A stretch of DNA of 64,000 nt, from the NCBI GenBank assembly GCA_000708835.1, contig DF237025.1, positions 1 to 64,000 of the forward strand, read 5' to 3'. Position 1 is the stretch's first letter. Every line of letters begins with the position of its first letter. Under the pieces are notes generated by a model. It searched no databases and was not told where the DNA came from. It saw only the letters and a list, made by a program, of their open reading frames with translations. Below are positions 10,801 to 22,798 of the stretch, piece by piece. This DNA comes from Klebsormidium nitens. Its lineage: Eukaryota; Plantae; Klebsormidiophyceae. The position numbers were made by a program, and so were the translations under genes.

Positions 10801-13800
10801 TTAGTACCCAGTCCGCTGCTTCTTCCCCGGGCCCTCCTCATCCTCCCCGTACCTCACAAACTCCCCTCCTTCCTCTCCCTTGCTCCGCGCGTCCTTCTTC
10901 GCACTGATCATCTTTTCTATCCTGTGCAGCTCGTTGTTCAACTTCTGCTCCTTGCTTTGCGTCTTTCTCGTCTTGCGCCCGTCGGCCGTTTTTACCCCGA
11001 ACTGGAACGCGGCCTTTGGCGTTGCTTCCCGCTCTAGATGGTACCGGTCGTATTCCTCCTGCGTTTCGAAGTCGTACCGCTGCAACCGCTTCTCGCCCTT
11101 GGCGCCCAAGTCCATCTTGGACTTGTCCTCCTCCTCGTCGCTGCCCTCCAGCACCTCGTGGTTGTACTCCTGCTTAATACGAGTGTCATAAGGTCAGTGA
11201 CATATGCACAGCGGTAGACATTCCCAGCAGCCAACCCTGAAAATCAGCGTAAAGAGGAGAAGACTCAATGCCGGTTATTGACCCATTTCACCCTGTTCAC
11301 AGCTGCCCTCCAGCACCTCGTGGTTGTACTCCTGCGAAAAGCAGAGTTTCAAACTCATTTGTCAGGTCTTTGAATTTAAAGAGACTCCGAATATCGAATC
11401 TTGCGAATGTGGTAGCAAAGAAGACTTGGCGCCACCAAGAATGAAACATATTCATCCGTAGCAGTCGTTTAGTACCTCAAGGTTGCATTTCCAAAAGTAG
11501 TAGAATCTGGATAATCTGGGATCGTGTCACATCTAAGGATCGAAGCTCCTCCGACGAAGACACTGCGAAGTTCTGGGGCGACTTGATCGACGAACAGGGA
11601 TTTGTCTAATCCTCGTGATTGTACTCCCGAGGAAAAGGAGATCGTGCAGAAAATTCGCAGCGCTTTGTGTCGGAGAAGCAGCATTCAGCGACTGAAACTC
11701 TTCGATTGGTGCTCAGCAAAAAGGGCTCTCCTTCTTGATGCTGCCCTTCCAGCGAATCGTTTGCGTTCGAGAACCCCGCAGAGCGAGCAGCTCCTACGCA
11801 GAAACAAGCTCCTTTTGACTGGAACATGAAAAGCAAACTTTCGCAAACCGCAAACAAGCAAAACCAATCGCTCACCCCGTAGCCTGGATAGCACTCCGCG
11901 TACGTGTCTGACACGAACCCGGGGTCCTTCTCCCGCTCATCGCGGTCCCGCTGACGCAGGCTGGCGTCATCTCTTCGGAAAACGGACGCCGCGCCCTTGT
12001 CTTTGTCCGCCTGAGTTAACGGTTGGGGGCCCAGATCTTCCACGGGAACGGGAGGTGCTTCTGGGTAGGCTTCGTAGCCATAGCCATCCCCCTGGGGCGG
12101 GTAAGCTGCGCCGGGGACCGGCCCGTATTGGTAATCTGCACGGAAAGAGAAGGGTAATGGGCAACTCGGAGTAAGCTAGAATGGAAAAAACGTGCGGGGT
12201 TGTCAGGCCCAAGCGGGTGGAAAAGAAGCGTCACGAAAACGTGAGCAATATAGACATGGACACTTGAGTGCTACAACCTTCAGACACTTGGTATCACTCA
12301 GATCTTGCAAGTGCTTACCAAAAACGAGTGACCTCTCAACGGAGTCTGATCTATAAGTTGCAAATACAATCTCTCCTTCAAGAGATGAGCGGATCTCAGA
12401 CGCCGTGCGCTTCATGGCTAGGTGCTCTGAGAAAGATAAGAAGGTGGCAAAAGCTGACGGTCTCGCAGAGTCCGTGTGAAAACTCACTTCCGCTCCCGTA
12501 ACACTGCCGTGATCATTTCAACCCAAAAGATTAACTTACGCCGCTGACGGGCTTTCGCCTCAAGACCGTGATACGCACCCAGGACGGGTTGAAGCAGGCA
12601 TACCAGCCAAAGAAACTAGATCGGAAGAAAGAAAGCAGTTGGGGGCCAATGAAAAGACAACGTGTCCCGCTCCGCTACGCACCTGCTGGCTGCGGATACA
12701 TCTCCGCAGGGGGGTACCCTTGGTAGTACCCTTGCCCCACTTCCGGGTAAGCCATCCCATCGTAACCCCCCGGAGGCGCCTGCGGGCCGTGATCCCCGTA
12801 CTGGGGGGGTACCGCGCCTGCGTCCGGAGGGGGGGGCGGCGGCGGCAGCAGCGCTTCCTCCGGCTGGGGGGCCGGCTTTCCCGGCTCCGCAAAGTACGAC
12901 CCGCGGTCCCCGTTTTCTTGCCCCTCCCCCCCTTTTGCGCTTCCGCCTTTCTCGGGAACTTCTAGGGTGTACTCCCGGCCGGCGTCCTCGAAGATGTCGT
13001 CATCGTCGGCGAGCGAGGGTTTGGGGGGTTTGGCGTGGTTGTTCGTGTCGGTGCGAGGAGACGGCTCCTCGGAATCGCGGGCGGAGGCGCGAAGCTCGGC
13101 CACGCCGGTGGCTGCGTCGGAGGACGTCAGCTTTGCATCAGCATCATTGAACAATTTCTCAACGGCAGCACCGATTTCTTAATCGTAAGGGAGGACAGAA
13201 CAAGCGCGCGATCGTGAATCTTGTAAGGCATGCTTTCAAGCATCCAGGCATCTGGTTGCTACGAGGTCCGGGGTTAGACACAAGGACTAGAGTAGTGAGT
13301 GTTTATTGGTCGGCAAACTTTGCTCGCAGTCGGAAGACGTAATATCGTGTTGAGTCAAGCGAAAGCTTTACCAGTAGCCCATGCGGCCTTTTGAGTTGGT
13401 ACTCTGCGATGACCCGAGTACCTTACTCTCTCAGGCTGGATTTTCGCCATACACGAATCGCTTAACGTTCTGCTGCGGGGCATGAGAGGGAGCACCGCGT
13501 GTTCTGAATAAGTCAAAGAAAAGGTACAAAGATATTCACATGAACGAAATCCTATTGACAAACCGCCTTGGCAGTCTTCAAAGCGCCACCACGCCATGAA
13601 GGCGAGATGTGCTCGAAACTCTTCCACTGCTTTAGCTGGAAAAACACCATCTGAAGAAGCAGCAGAGGTGCTTACGTCTGACGAGGTCCCTGTCCCGCTT
13701 CTTGAGCTTTTTCAGCCCCTTGGCGGACGACCCGAGCCGCAGGTACGACATGACGCGCGAAATGCGGTCCAGCAGCAGCGCGTCCACGCTCGCATCCAGT

Positions 13801-16706
13801 AGATCCTGCGAGGAGGGGAATTCCGGCGAGCCCCGTCAGCAGATTGAACCCCCTAAAATGCACGATTTAATTTGGAATCAAGCTCGACAGAATAAGTCGT
13901 TAGGTCACCTCGAGCCTGACGTGAGGTCAGGAACACAACCCGCGCTTTTTGGCTACTTGCTGATGAGTTAAGTCGGCCCCCAATCAAAAAGACAGATGAA
14001 TTGGCAATCCGGCAGGAAACCAGAAAGTGCTTCAAGACGACTATGCCGTGAATGTTGGCACTCTCGAAAGAACTCTGAGAGAACTCCTAAGTCCTATATG
14101 CCATAGCCACAGAAAGACAAACCAACAATCAGCAATGCATGGGGGGAAATCAGTAAGCCGCACCTGAGGAGCGGGGCAATCAGCCTTGCTGCGGTGAAGG
14201 GTTGTTGGGATGTCCGCCGCAAACTCGTCATCCTGCGAAAGAAAAAGAAACGGTCTTTGATGATGCAAGAAACGAACTGAACCAACTTTGCATAGAGTGC
14301 AAGGAATGAGACGCTCTTGAAGGGACACCTACAGGCTGAAAGCCCAAAATCCATCTGACAATGAAGTTGAACAGGCAGAGCCCCTAAGGAGAATCTGCAC
14401 CGGCCAGTTACTCGAAAGCGCAGCCTGAAGGATAAACGGTATGGAGCCATGGAAGAGCTTCGAAACGAAGTGCGAGGCTAAATAATCAATACGGCAGCGA
14501 TTGGAACCGCAGACATCATAACGTCGTAAAAGAGTCTGACAGGATGGAATGAACAGGGACAAGGGCTTTCCCTGGGGCCCTGAATTCCTAAATAGGAGAA
14601 CGATGTCTCACCAGCTCAAATAAGAACGACGTCCGCCCTGGGAGAAACATCTCGCTCGCCCTGAGATTGCTACGGGTCGGCTTGATAAGCCACTGATAGA
14701 CCGACTTAGCGACGCCCGTCCGGATGTTCATCGCCTTCTCTTCCGCTTCCTTTCGCCGGTGCTCCTTGGCGCGAGCCTTCGCATCGTCCTCGTCCTCTTC
14801 TTGCTCTTCCAGCGACTTTTTCAGCTCACTGCGCACCTGAGAGGTATTGCGCAGACTCAGTGTGTAAGGCTACGGAAAGTCTACCGACTCTTTTGCTGAA
14901 ATGGTTGTTAAACTGTCATAGTAAGGGAAGATGGTACAGCGTATGAGGTAAACGGGTCTGAAACTCTATCCAGGATCCCGCAATTGAAAAAACAATCCAG
15001 AAAGGGAAAATTCCTTGCAGGTTTGAATTGATTGTGGCTGTGGCTGTGCACCTGGGCAAAGGGAACTTTGTTTTCCGCTTTGACTGTCAAACCGAGCAAT
15101 CTGGGCAGAGTAGTATTCGAGCAGGTTCCACAGCGTTGCCTTTAAGCATGAGCAAGCCACCATCTCGCAAATCAAAAGACGTCATTGTACAATCGTTTCT
15201 TAAAAAAAGCATGTGCTGTGCGACTACAAAGTCAGCAGATTCGACGGCCTTCCCACCATCCCAAGAAAGGGAATCGGTGCCCTGTGAGAACAGTCCAAAC
15301 GCTCTGTGCTTCCTTCCCCCGATCGTGATTCCTCACCTTCTGCAGCAGCGCATAGTCGAGCCCCTTCACGAGATGCGTGTGCTCCACATCTCCTCCAAGG
15401 TACTTGGAGTTCTCAATTGAGATCTTGTGCGCGTCCGATGTGTGGATGTCTGAGAAGGTGCCGGGGGCTGGAACAGCGTGAAGGCCCCCCAGCTCAGCGG
15501 AAGCTCCGTCGTAGTCGGGGTTCTGATCCTCCCTACGCTCTTTAGCCCGGTCACGGTAGGCGGATCCTGTGCCGGCGCCAGTTTCTTCGCCCCTAGGGAT
15601 ACAGAGGGTGGTGTGGACAATCAGTAGATCGAACAAAGCCTTAAAGAAGGTTTCAGTTGACCAATCAATATCAGCAATTGAGTTATGCCGTTTGTTTGAG
15701 ACGCAAATTTGTTTGTCAGAAAGACGTTTTTGAAAGGTGTTAAAAAGCATGCCATATTAGACTATGATATTTGAAACTCAAACACAGCCTGGCAGAATGA
15801 GAGGGTGGTAGAACCCAAGCATCTAATTAAGCAAGTTGGAAGTCACTAGATATGCTCAACTCTTATGATCAGAGATGATACTCGGCACACAAGTGATGAT
15901 GCAATTGATGATGCAACTTTGGCTCCAACTAGGATTTACTAGAGCGTAAAGGCAATTTCTGCTGGTAGAGTAGAATCTGCACAGTTCCAATGGAATTCAG
16001 CCCCTTTTGATTGCGAGAGTGAAGGTGCTGAAACATCACGAAGTGGTACAGACACTGGTACCGACACTCGACTGCCCCTTCCGCTTCTGCTGGTGTCAAT
16101 CGTAAAACATAATAAAGAGGATTAAACCTTTTGCACGCTACTCACTCCTTCGGCTTTGGCTGCCACTTCTTCTTGGGTTTCTCTCCATCGCCGCTTGTTC
16201 TCCTTTGGCTGCAAGGTCCACAAACCACTCATCAGATGGAGCATCTTAATCCCCTTCTCGAGGTTGAAACCTGCCTCTCGCAGAAGCATCTTCGGACTTT
16301 CGTGATCTTCACCGACTCCAGAAGGGTCCAACTCCAGAAGGGGAAATTGGCTTAAATCATCAAGAAGCTGATGCTCTTGAAACAGAGAGTACCACAAGAT
16401 AGCTGACATTAGCGCAATGCTTTCACATATTAAAACTTGCGGTTGCTGGTTTCGTTTGCGATAGCAAGCGGAAATAACGTCAGTTTCTAGGCCAGGCAAA
16501 AACGGGCCCTACTTTTTGTGTTTGCCCGCCTTGTCTTCCCCCCTCCTAGGCGTCTCCGCCACCATCCGTCTGAAGTCGTCATTGGAGAGCGGCCTTTCCT
16601 CCTCCGCAGGCGGCTTGCTGTCGCCTGGCCGAGGAGGTGGAGGCAAGGGGTTGGAGATTGGGGCAAAGTCGCCCTCATCGTCCGCGGTCTCGTAGGCTGC
16701 TGGCAT
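10801..16706 (-). CDS. SMU2: Protein RED / IK / SMU2 spliceosomal B-complex factor, multi-exon
   Basis: RED_N motifs LSNDDFRRM, YRDRAKERR, SKYLGGDVEHTHLVKGLDYALLQKVR, DRISRVMSYLRLG. RED_C motifs DTYAECYPG and YDFETQEEYDRYHLEREATPKAAFQFGVKTADGRKTRK. GT-AG junctions are consistent for most exons; the exon 1/2 junction is uncertain. Confidence 0.93.
11140..11626 (-). repeat. Decayed tandem copies of the last-exon acceptor/start inside the last RED intron
   Basis: 34-nt exact duplicate (11140-11173 = 11302-11335), plus weaker copies at ~11463-11492 and 11611-11626. Confidence 0.85.
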
Positions 16707-17788
16707 TGTGGCTTGCTCTCAGAAGAATCTGTTGAATCCAGCCAATTCAAGAAAGACTCAAACTCAATCAATTTGACTTGAGTCTGACTACCCTCTGTCA
16801 CTGAGGTAAGCAAACCTTTTCTGCAAGCTTTGCCGCTGCGCTTGCGGCTTGCAAACTTTTTGCTTCAATCCGCTCTTCCCACCGTACCTACGTCTGGGAG
16901 TGAAGCCACTTCTGGCCGTCTAGCTACCCAGTGCCGCAAAAAGGTCAAAGAACGGAGTTGTAAAAGTGTTCACATGCTACTTCCACGCGCAAGGTGCGTC
17001 AGCATTTTTGAGCCAATTTGACACCCCGGGCACTCTGCTCTTCTCGGTGACGGTCTATAGTTTTCGGTTTAGGGGTATAGGCAGTCCGGTCGACAACCAG
17101 GTGATACTCCAGGGTCAGCTCAACCACGGGTTAAAGCTTCTGAGCTGATACGATATACCGTACGGAGCTTCGGGTCTGGTGTCTTCAACATGCTGTTGCT
17201 TGTTCAGACCCCGGTTTGGTAGTTAACTTGGTAAAAGGTTACTTGTCAGTCATGAAAGGTGGTTAGTATATGCCCGGTGTATGTGAAGGGAGTCGCATGG
17301 GGTCCCTTGGTGCTGAAATTGCCATGACGTGCTACCGCACACGAGACGACGGGATCATCGAAAATCGGCGGCCAACAGTGCCGGCCTGGGTAACACTCGG
17401 CCGGTAACACTTTTACAACTCCGTTCTATGTACTACTTGCGTGCCCCAGTGCCCACTGTACTTCTAGCTGGACTTCTGCCTCTTTTCCGAAAGCGAGCAG
17501 ATTTTCAAAGCTAGTGTCAATTCAGGACCGTGCCAGCTCACTTCGCTGAGACTCAACCCTAGCTTTCCCCAAAACAATCCTCCAGTCTTTACTTGACACT
17601 GATTGAACGTCTCCCTCCAAATGCCTGCTCAAAGCTGCACACAACACGATCGAGGCTCAGAGATTGCTTCACAGTGAGTTCACACAATCTTTGTCAATGG
17701 CTGATCAGTAGTGGCTGGGCCCTCCAGGTGGCGCTCCCAGTTTAGGTGTGCAGGTACCGCCTCTGGGCAATCAATTAGCCCTATAACT

Positions 17789-19004
17789 ATGCCCTCGCGT
17801 CCGCCACCACGGCAGACGCTGACCATCGCGGACGTCAGGGAGGTTCTGTCAGTTGGTTGTCAGGTTTTGGACGCTTGTCTGAGGGGTGGTGTGCGCTGTG
17901 GGGATATCACGGAGTTCGTGGGGGAGAGCACTGCTGGCAAGACACAGCTCTGTCTTCAGCTCTTGCTTACTCTACAATCTCAGTACAGTGGTGGGGCAAA
18001 TGCGTTGTACATACACACAGAAGGCCACTATCCTGGCAGGAGACTGCAAGAACTTGCGGTGGTCAGGAGGGATGCGCTGGCCGCAATAGGAGAACCAGGT
18101 GCGTAAGTGACTATCTTTAATCGAAAGGTCGTTCTCCATGAATCTTTTAGGGCAGTGCTTCAACATTTTTACAGCACATGTGCCAGATGGACTTTCACAT
18201 GAACACACGAATTTCCAGTTCGGTGTCTGCGGGCAAAAGCTGGGAGGCCTCAGCATTGCCTCTGCTTCATTGCTTTGTCTTCTTGCTTGAAAAGGCACGC
18301 CTCCAAGAATCAGTGTGTCCTCTCTCTTCTTACCGTTTGCTTAGAAGTGGTCAGAGTCCCAATGCATAGCTCTGTATCCGACAGGTTCTAACAACAGCTT
18401 TTCAATCGACCACATCTTTGTGGAGGCGATTCAGACCCCGGATGAGCTCCTAGACTTTCTGAAAGACCGGCTGCCCAGTCTGCTGCACACCTCAACCAAG
18501 CCCCTCAAGTTGCTCATCATCGACTCAATTGCTGCCCTGTTTCGGACCGAGTATGATAACACTACTGCTGAGCTAGGCCGAAGAACAAAAGTTCTCTTCC
18601 AAGTCGCGAGTCAGTTGAAGAAGTTTGCGGAGAGAGAAGGCGCTGCGGTGGTTATCATCAATCAGGTTGTTGATTTCTTTGAAGCGGCGGATAAGGATTT
18701 CCAAGGTCAGTCGCAGATTGGCAACCTTGAAAGCATGGAAACGTCTGGCCGGAGAGTGGCCCCGGCCCTTGGCTTGGCATGGTCGAATTGTATTTCAACG
18801 CGGATATTCCTATCACGAGTAGGTCAAGTAATGACTCTAGATACCAAGCGAGAAGGTGAAACGGCAGGCTCAAACAAGGTCGAGGAGCCGAAGTCTGTAG
18901 TTCGACGACGAATGCAGGTGGTCTTTTCGCCCTGCTTACCTCCCCAGTCTCGCAATTTCGTTGTAACAACACTTGGCCTGCAAGGCCTTAGACCAGCAAG
19001 CTGA
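17789..19004 (+). CDS. XRCC3: DNA repair protein XRCC3 homolog (RAD51 paralog), 2 exons (17789-18098, 18385-19004)
   Basis: Walker A GESTAGKTQLCLQLLL, Walker B LLIIDSIAALFR, and XRCC3-type PALGLAWSNCISTRIFLSR and RRMQVVFSPCLP. Phase-1 GT-AG intron. Confidence 0.9.
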
Positions 19005-19938
19005 CTCTTCAAAACATGCATGCTTTTAACTCTTTCCAATCTTTTAGACTGATAATGAAGAGCGTAAAAGTTTTCATAGATGCGGCACGAAGGGCCTAGG
19101 TTCCACGTTTTGATTTGCAGCACCAGTTTAGTCCATATACCGGGAGTTTGCATAGGGGCACTACCGGAAGTCAAGTGTTCATAGACGTACGTTGTCTCTG
19201 ATGACGCAGCACATCCATGATCCCAGAATCCTCAACTTAGCCTATGATATGAGGGCGCACATAATCGTTCAAAATGTGACTGGCACGGGCCTAAGTTACG
19301 TAAGCATTGAAACAGAGCATGATGCTAATCTCTCTGTCATGCAGTGCATGCCGCCCAGTATATAGCCCTCGGTGACTCAATGGTCTATAGTACGCGCACA
19401 TGTTGCTTGGTATATACACTAGCATCCTACTGCGAACCATGACCGAAAGTCCCATGGGCGGGGTGCACCGAATCTTCGGCCGGGGAGCCTATAAGTACGC
19501 GCATGTCGTAGGAAAGATTTTCGAACTATTGGACAGCTAGAGAGTCTTATGCGAATGCTTATATATTGCAGCGGGCACAAACCTTTCAAAAGTATAATGT
19601 CTTTGATGGTCCATTCCCATGAGTGCGCTCATTGCAATTCAATGCATGGACGCAAAGATCTTGATTGCACATCCGCAAGCTTGCATGATCAGCTTCCATG
19701 AGCTCCGTGTCGCGAAAGGCAATCTATGTCGTCAGTAACAAGCGATCCCCCTTTTCCCTGTACGGTTCGCACTTTAGAAGTGTTACGAGCTGCATCAACA
19801 TGTAACCTTCGATCTTTGGTGGCTTCAGAAGGCCTTCATTTGACAGTACACTCTGTATGTGCTGAGACTACTCCTTCAGGCTCCGTAATGACTCTCTGGA
19901 CATTGCTGGGACTCACACAAGAACTTGCACGACCTAAC

Positions 19939-21746
19939 TTACACACCAAGGGCAGAATTGAAGCTGTGCTGTAGGCCAGCAGCCATTACTTGTTGTGAGA
20001 AGCTCTGAATCTGCTTCTTTGCATCTGGAACAATGGAAGGACATCGTCAGAAACTGGACGACCTCTACTTGATTCCTACTCGAAGGAAGCAGTTAATTAC
20101 GAAAGCATACCTCCAGGATCTACTGGAAGCAAGCAACCACAGACAAAGCGAGCTGAGAAGCAAACGCACAGAGATTACAAAGTGAGACGTCTGGCTTGCA
20201 AGACATTCGTGCAACACTCACACCTTGATCTGCAAGTAATCAACTTCGTGGAATAAAGGGAATCAAACTCAATCGCAGGGGGTTGACCGACCTTTTCGAC
20301 ACTTTGTGAAGCCAATGATGTTCGACACCCCCAGGACCACAGCAACAGCGACGATGAGCAGATAGTCGAACTGGAATTTGATGAGGGCGATCGCTCCAAG
20401 TACGATCCAGAGGGCGGGCTGCAGAACAGATCAAAAAATAGATCACAGATCAATCGACTGTGAGCAATGTCGAAGACGAGGACCCTCCTCGATATTGCAA
20501 TTGGAGAGAAGGCTTCACAGATGCTAAAAACTCAAGCGGGACAGCAGAGGAGCCACCCTACAGGCTTCTAACTTAGCTTGTATACGCGGGATGCATTGCC
20601 TGTGGCAGAAGAATTACTGGCTTACCGTGATATACAAGGTCCACCAAAACAGCCAACCGTCCTTTTTACTTAGCTGCTCCATTGCCTGGGGGAGGAGGCA
20701 GAAGGAAAGTTCAATTCCCAACGCTTGTTCTGAAAGCCCGCCTGATCAGAGCAGGGCAAAGAAGGCGATTGCGGGACACATACTCACTTCTCTGACTCAA
20801 AAACTGCTTGTGAGAACACACAACCTAAACCCCGTCGTGGGTTGCGAATAGCTGGGTAGGAGATACATCGATGAAATTCTTATGAAAGCCGAATCAAGAA
20901 GTTGGGAAACCAGCTGCTGGTGCTTGGGGGTCCGCAGCAGATCTCATATACCAGTGGTAGTGAAGGTGTAAGATGCCCCCCTCACCTGCTGATCCAAGGA
21001 CTCAAAGCGCCACAAGGACTCCCCCTGCTCATCCGTCTCGTTCCACCACCGCATCCCCACCAACCGCCTCCCACTCACGTTCTTTATGGTCCAAAAGTCA
21101 AAGGCTATCAGGACGACACAGATGACGAAATGCAGGATGAAGCTGCTTGTGAAGAGGCTGCAGACGACGTACCACGTCAACGCGGCTCCCTGCACAAGAT
21201 GAAGGTAGCGGGTGGTCACATGATGGTCGTGGAGTCCACCAGAGGAGAGAAAGGGTGCGCAAGCAACTTCACAAGGTCAACAACCCAAGCAGCACAACAG
21301 TGACACCAAGCAATCGTTCCTGGCAGTTTTGTCAAATCTAGTTCGACAAGCAATTTTGGGCGACATCGTTGAAGATGCACATGATACCCTTGTCGTAAGC
21401 AGTGTCAGCAACTTCATCGAATCATCACCTGGCAGCATACCTTGAAAAATACGTGAAAGAAGACGGTCCAGGGATTCCCATAGCCTGTGAGGATCGATTC
21501 TTGAGGAGGCGCAGGAGCATCAGCCTGCAGGGATAACAAGAATCTTTGCCAGCTTTGAAAGCAACTCTGCTTGCCCGCCACCTTTCTGGCGATATACTCA
21601 AGCCAGACTGCATTGAACGCAGATTCAAACGGCACCGAGCAAGCATAGACTCTACGGCTGTGCTTACAGATCTCAGACCTGCGAGCGAGATAAGGTGGCA
21701 ACCTGCTCAACAGTTCTGCTACGAATCGAAGAACAGATCTCACCAT
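19939..21746 (-). CDS. ECH: Golgi membrane protein TVP23 / ECHIDNA; first coding exon is the ATG alone
   Basis: Spliced: M|ADAPAPP..YGNPWTVFFHVFFK|GAALTWYV..AFDFWTIKNVSGRRLVGMRWWNETDEQGESLWRFESLDQQ|AMEQLSKKDGWLFWWTLYIT|PALWIVLG..SNIIGFTKCRK|DAKKQIQSF..*. Confidence 0.92.
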
Positions 21747-22798
21747 GGTGTTCAGAAGCCCAAGTTAATGCACACGGGGTAGCTGAGCCAGCTGCATAAG
21801 AGATATTGACAAGAAGCACTATCCTTCCAACCGCCGTGTGGTTTGGGCCCTCATCAATCGAGCAAGAAGAAGGGTGACTCAAGTTGGCCAATCAATGAAT
21901 CTCTTGTGAAAGGGTCCTTTCTAATCAGCAATCAAATCGCCTTGATCCCGCCCACCACTTCAACTCTTAACCGCTGATCCACGATACGCTGGCAATCGGT
22001 GTGAATGAGTGGAGCCCCAGAAAGAGCTCAGAGTCAAGGTACTTGCACAAGCTCCAGAACTCGATCAAAGAGCCTGCTTGAGAGCCACGGTTACAAAAGA
22101 AGAGCGCCTCCCTGATTAGGGTTGCAACTTGCTTTCACTGTTCAGAACTGGAGTGCTCATCTGATCTGCGGCCAGCCTTAGGCTTGTGCTGGCATCTTCT
22201 ACCGCGGTATAAACGTTCACGCCCCCTCCTCCAGGCTGCATCCCACCTGGCTCTCAATGAAGGTCACGGCTGGCCGTTCGATGCGTCTGCCTATCCATAT
22301 TGGATGTCTCGATTTCAATGCGTCCTTGGCTTCGATTTTGCGTGGGGGCATGCGCTGCAGCCTGCTGCCACCCTCATGCAGCTTTGCTTCTCTGAAGACT
22401 GAGTCTGAGTCTCCGCATGAGGCATGCCATTGCTGTGCTTGAGCTTGGAGTTGAGTTGTGGCGCATAAAAGTTGGTTGTGGGGAGTTGTGCCGGTGAAAG
22501 AGTGCCTTTTCTAGTCACTTGAAGAGCTGGTTAAAGCAGGCAGTGGCGGATGCTGCTGGCGCCAGCCGCCTTATTACGGTTGCTGCGGATGCTCTCTCTG
22601 CCTTTTACTTGCTTTTTGGTCACACCAAGACCGCGTTCATTGGTTTGCCCTCTCTTACCCAGCTCCTCAAGTTCAAGTAAAGGGACTCTTGCGCAAACGA
22701 GGTGTCAGGTTGGCCAGTTTGCAGCAAAAGCTGCAGAGAAAACAAGTTAACTAGGCGCTGGAATCATATTCCATTAGGGCCCGCTTGAGTGGTTGGAC

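Noticed and set aside
12560-13217. Several overlapping ORFs of 100-160 aa
   Set aside because: Alternative-frame and antisense shadows of a GC-rich RED exon.
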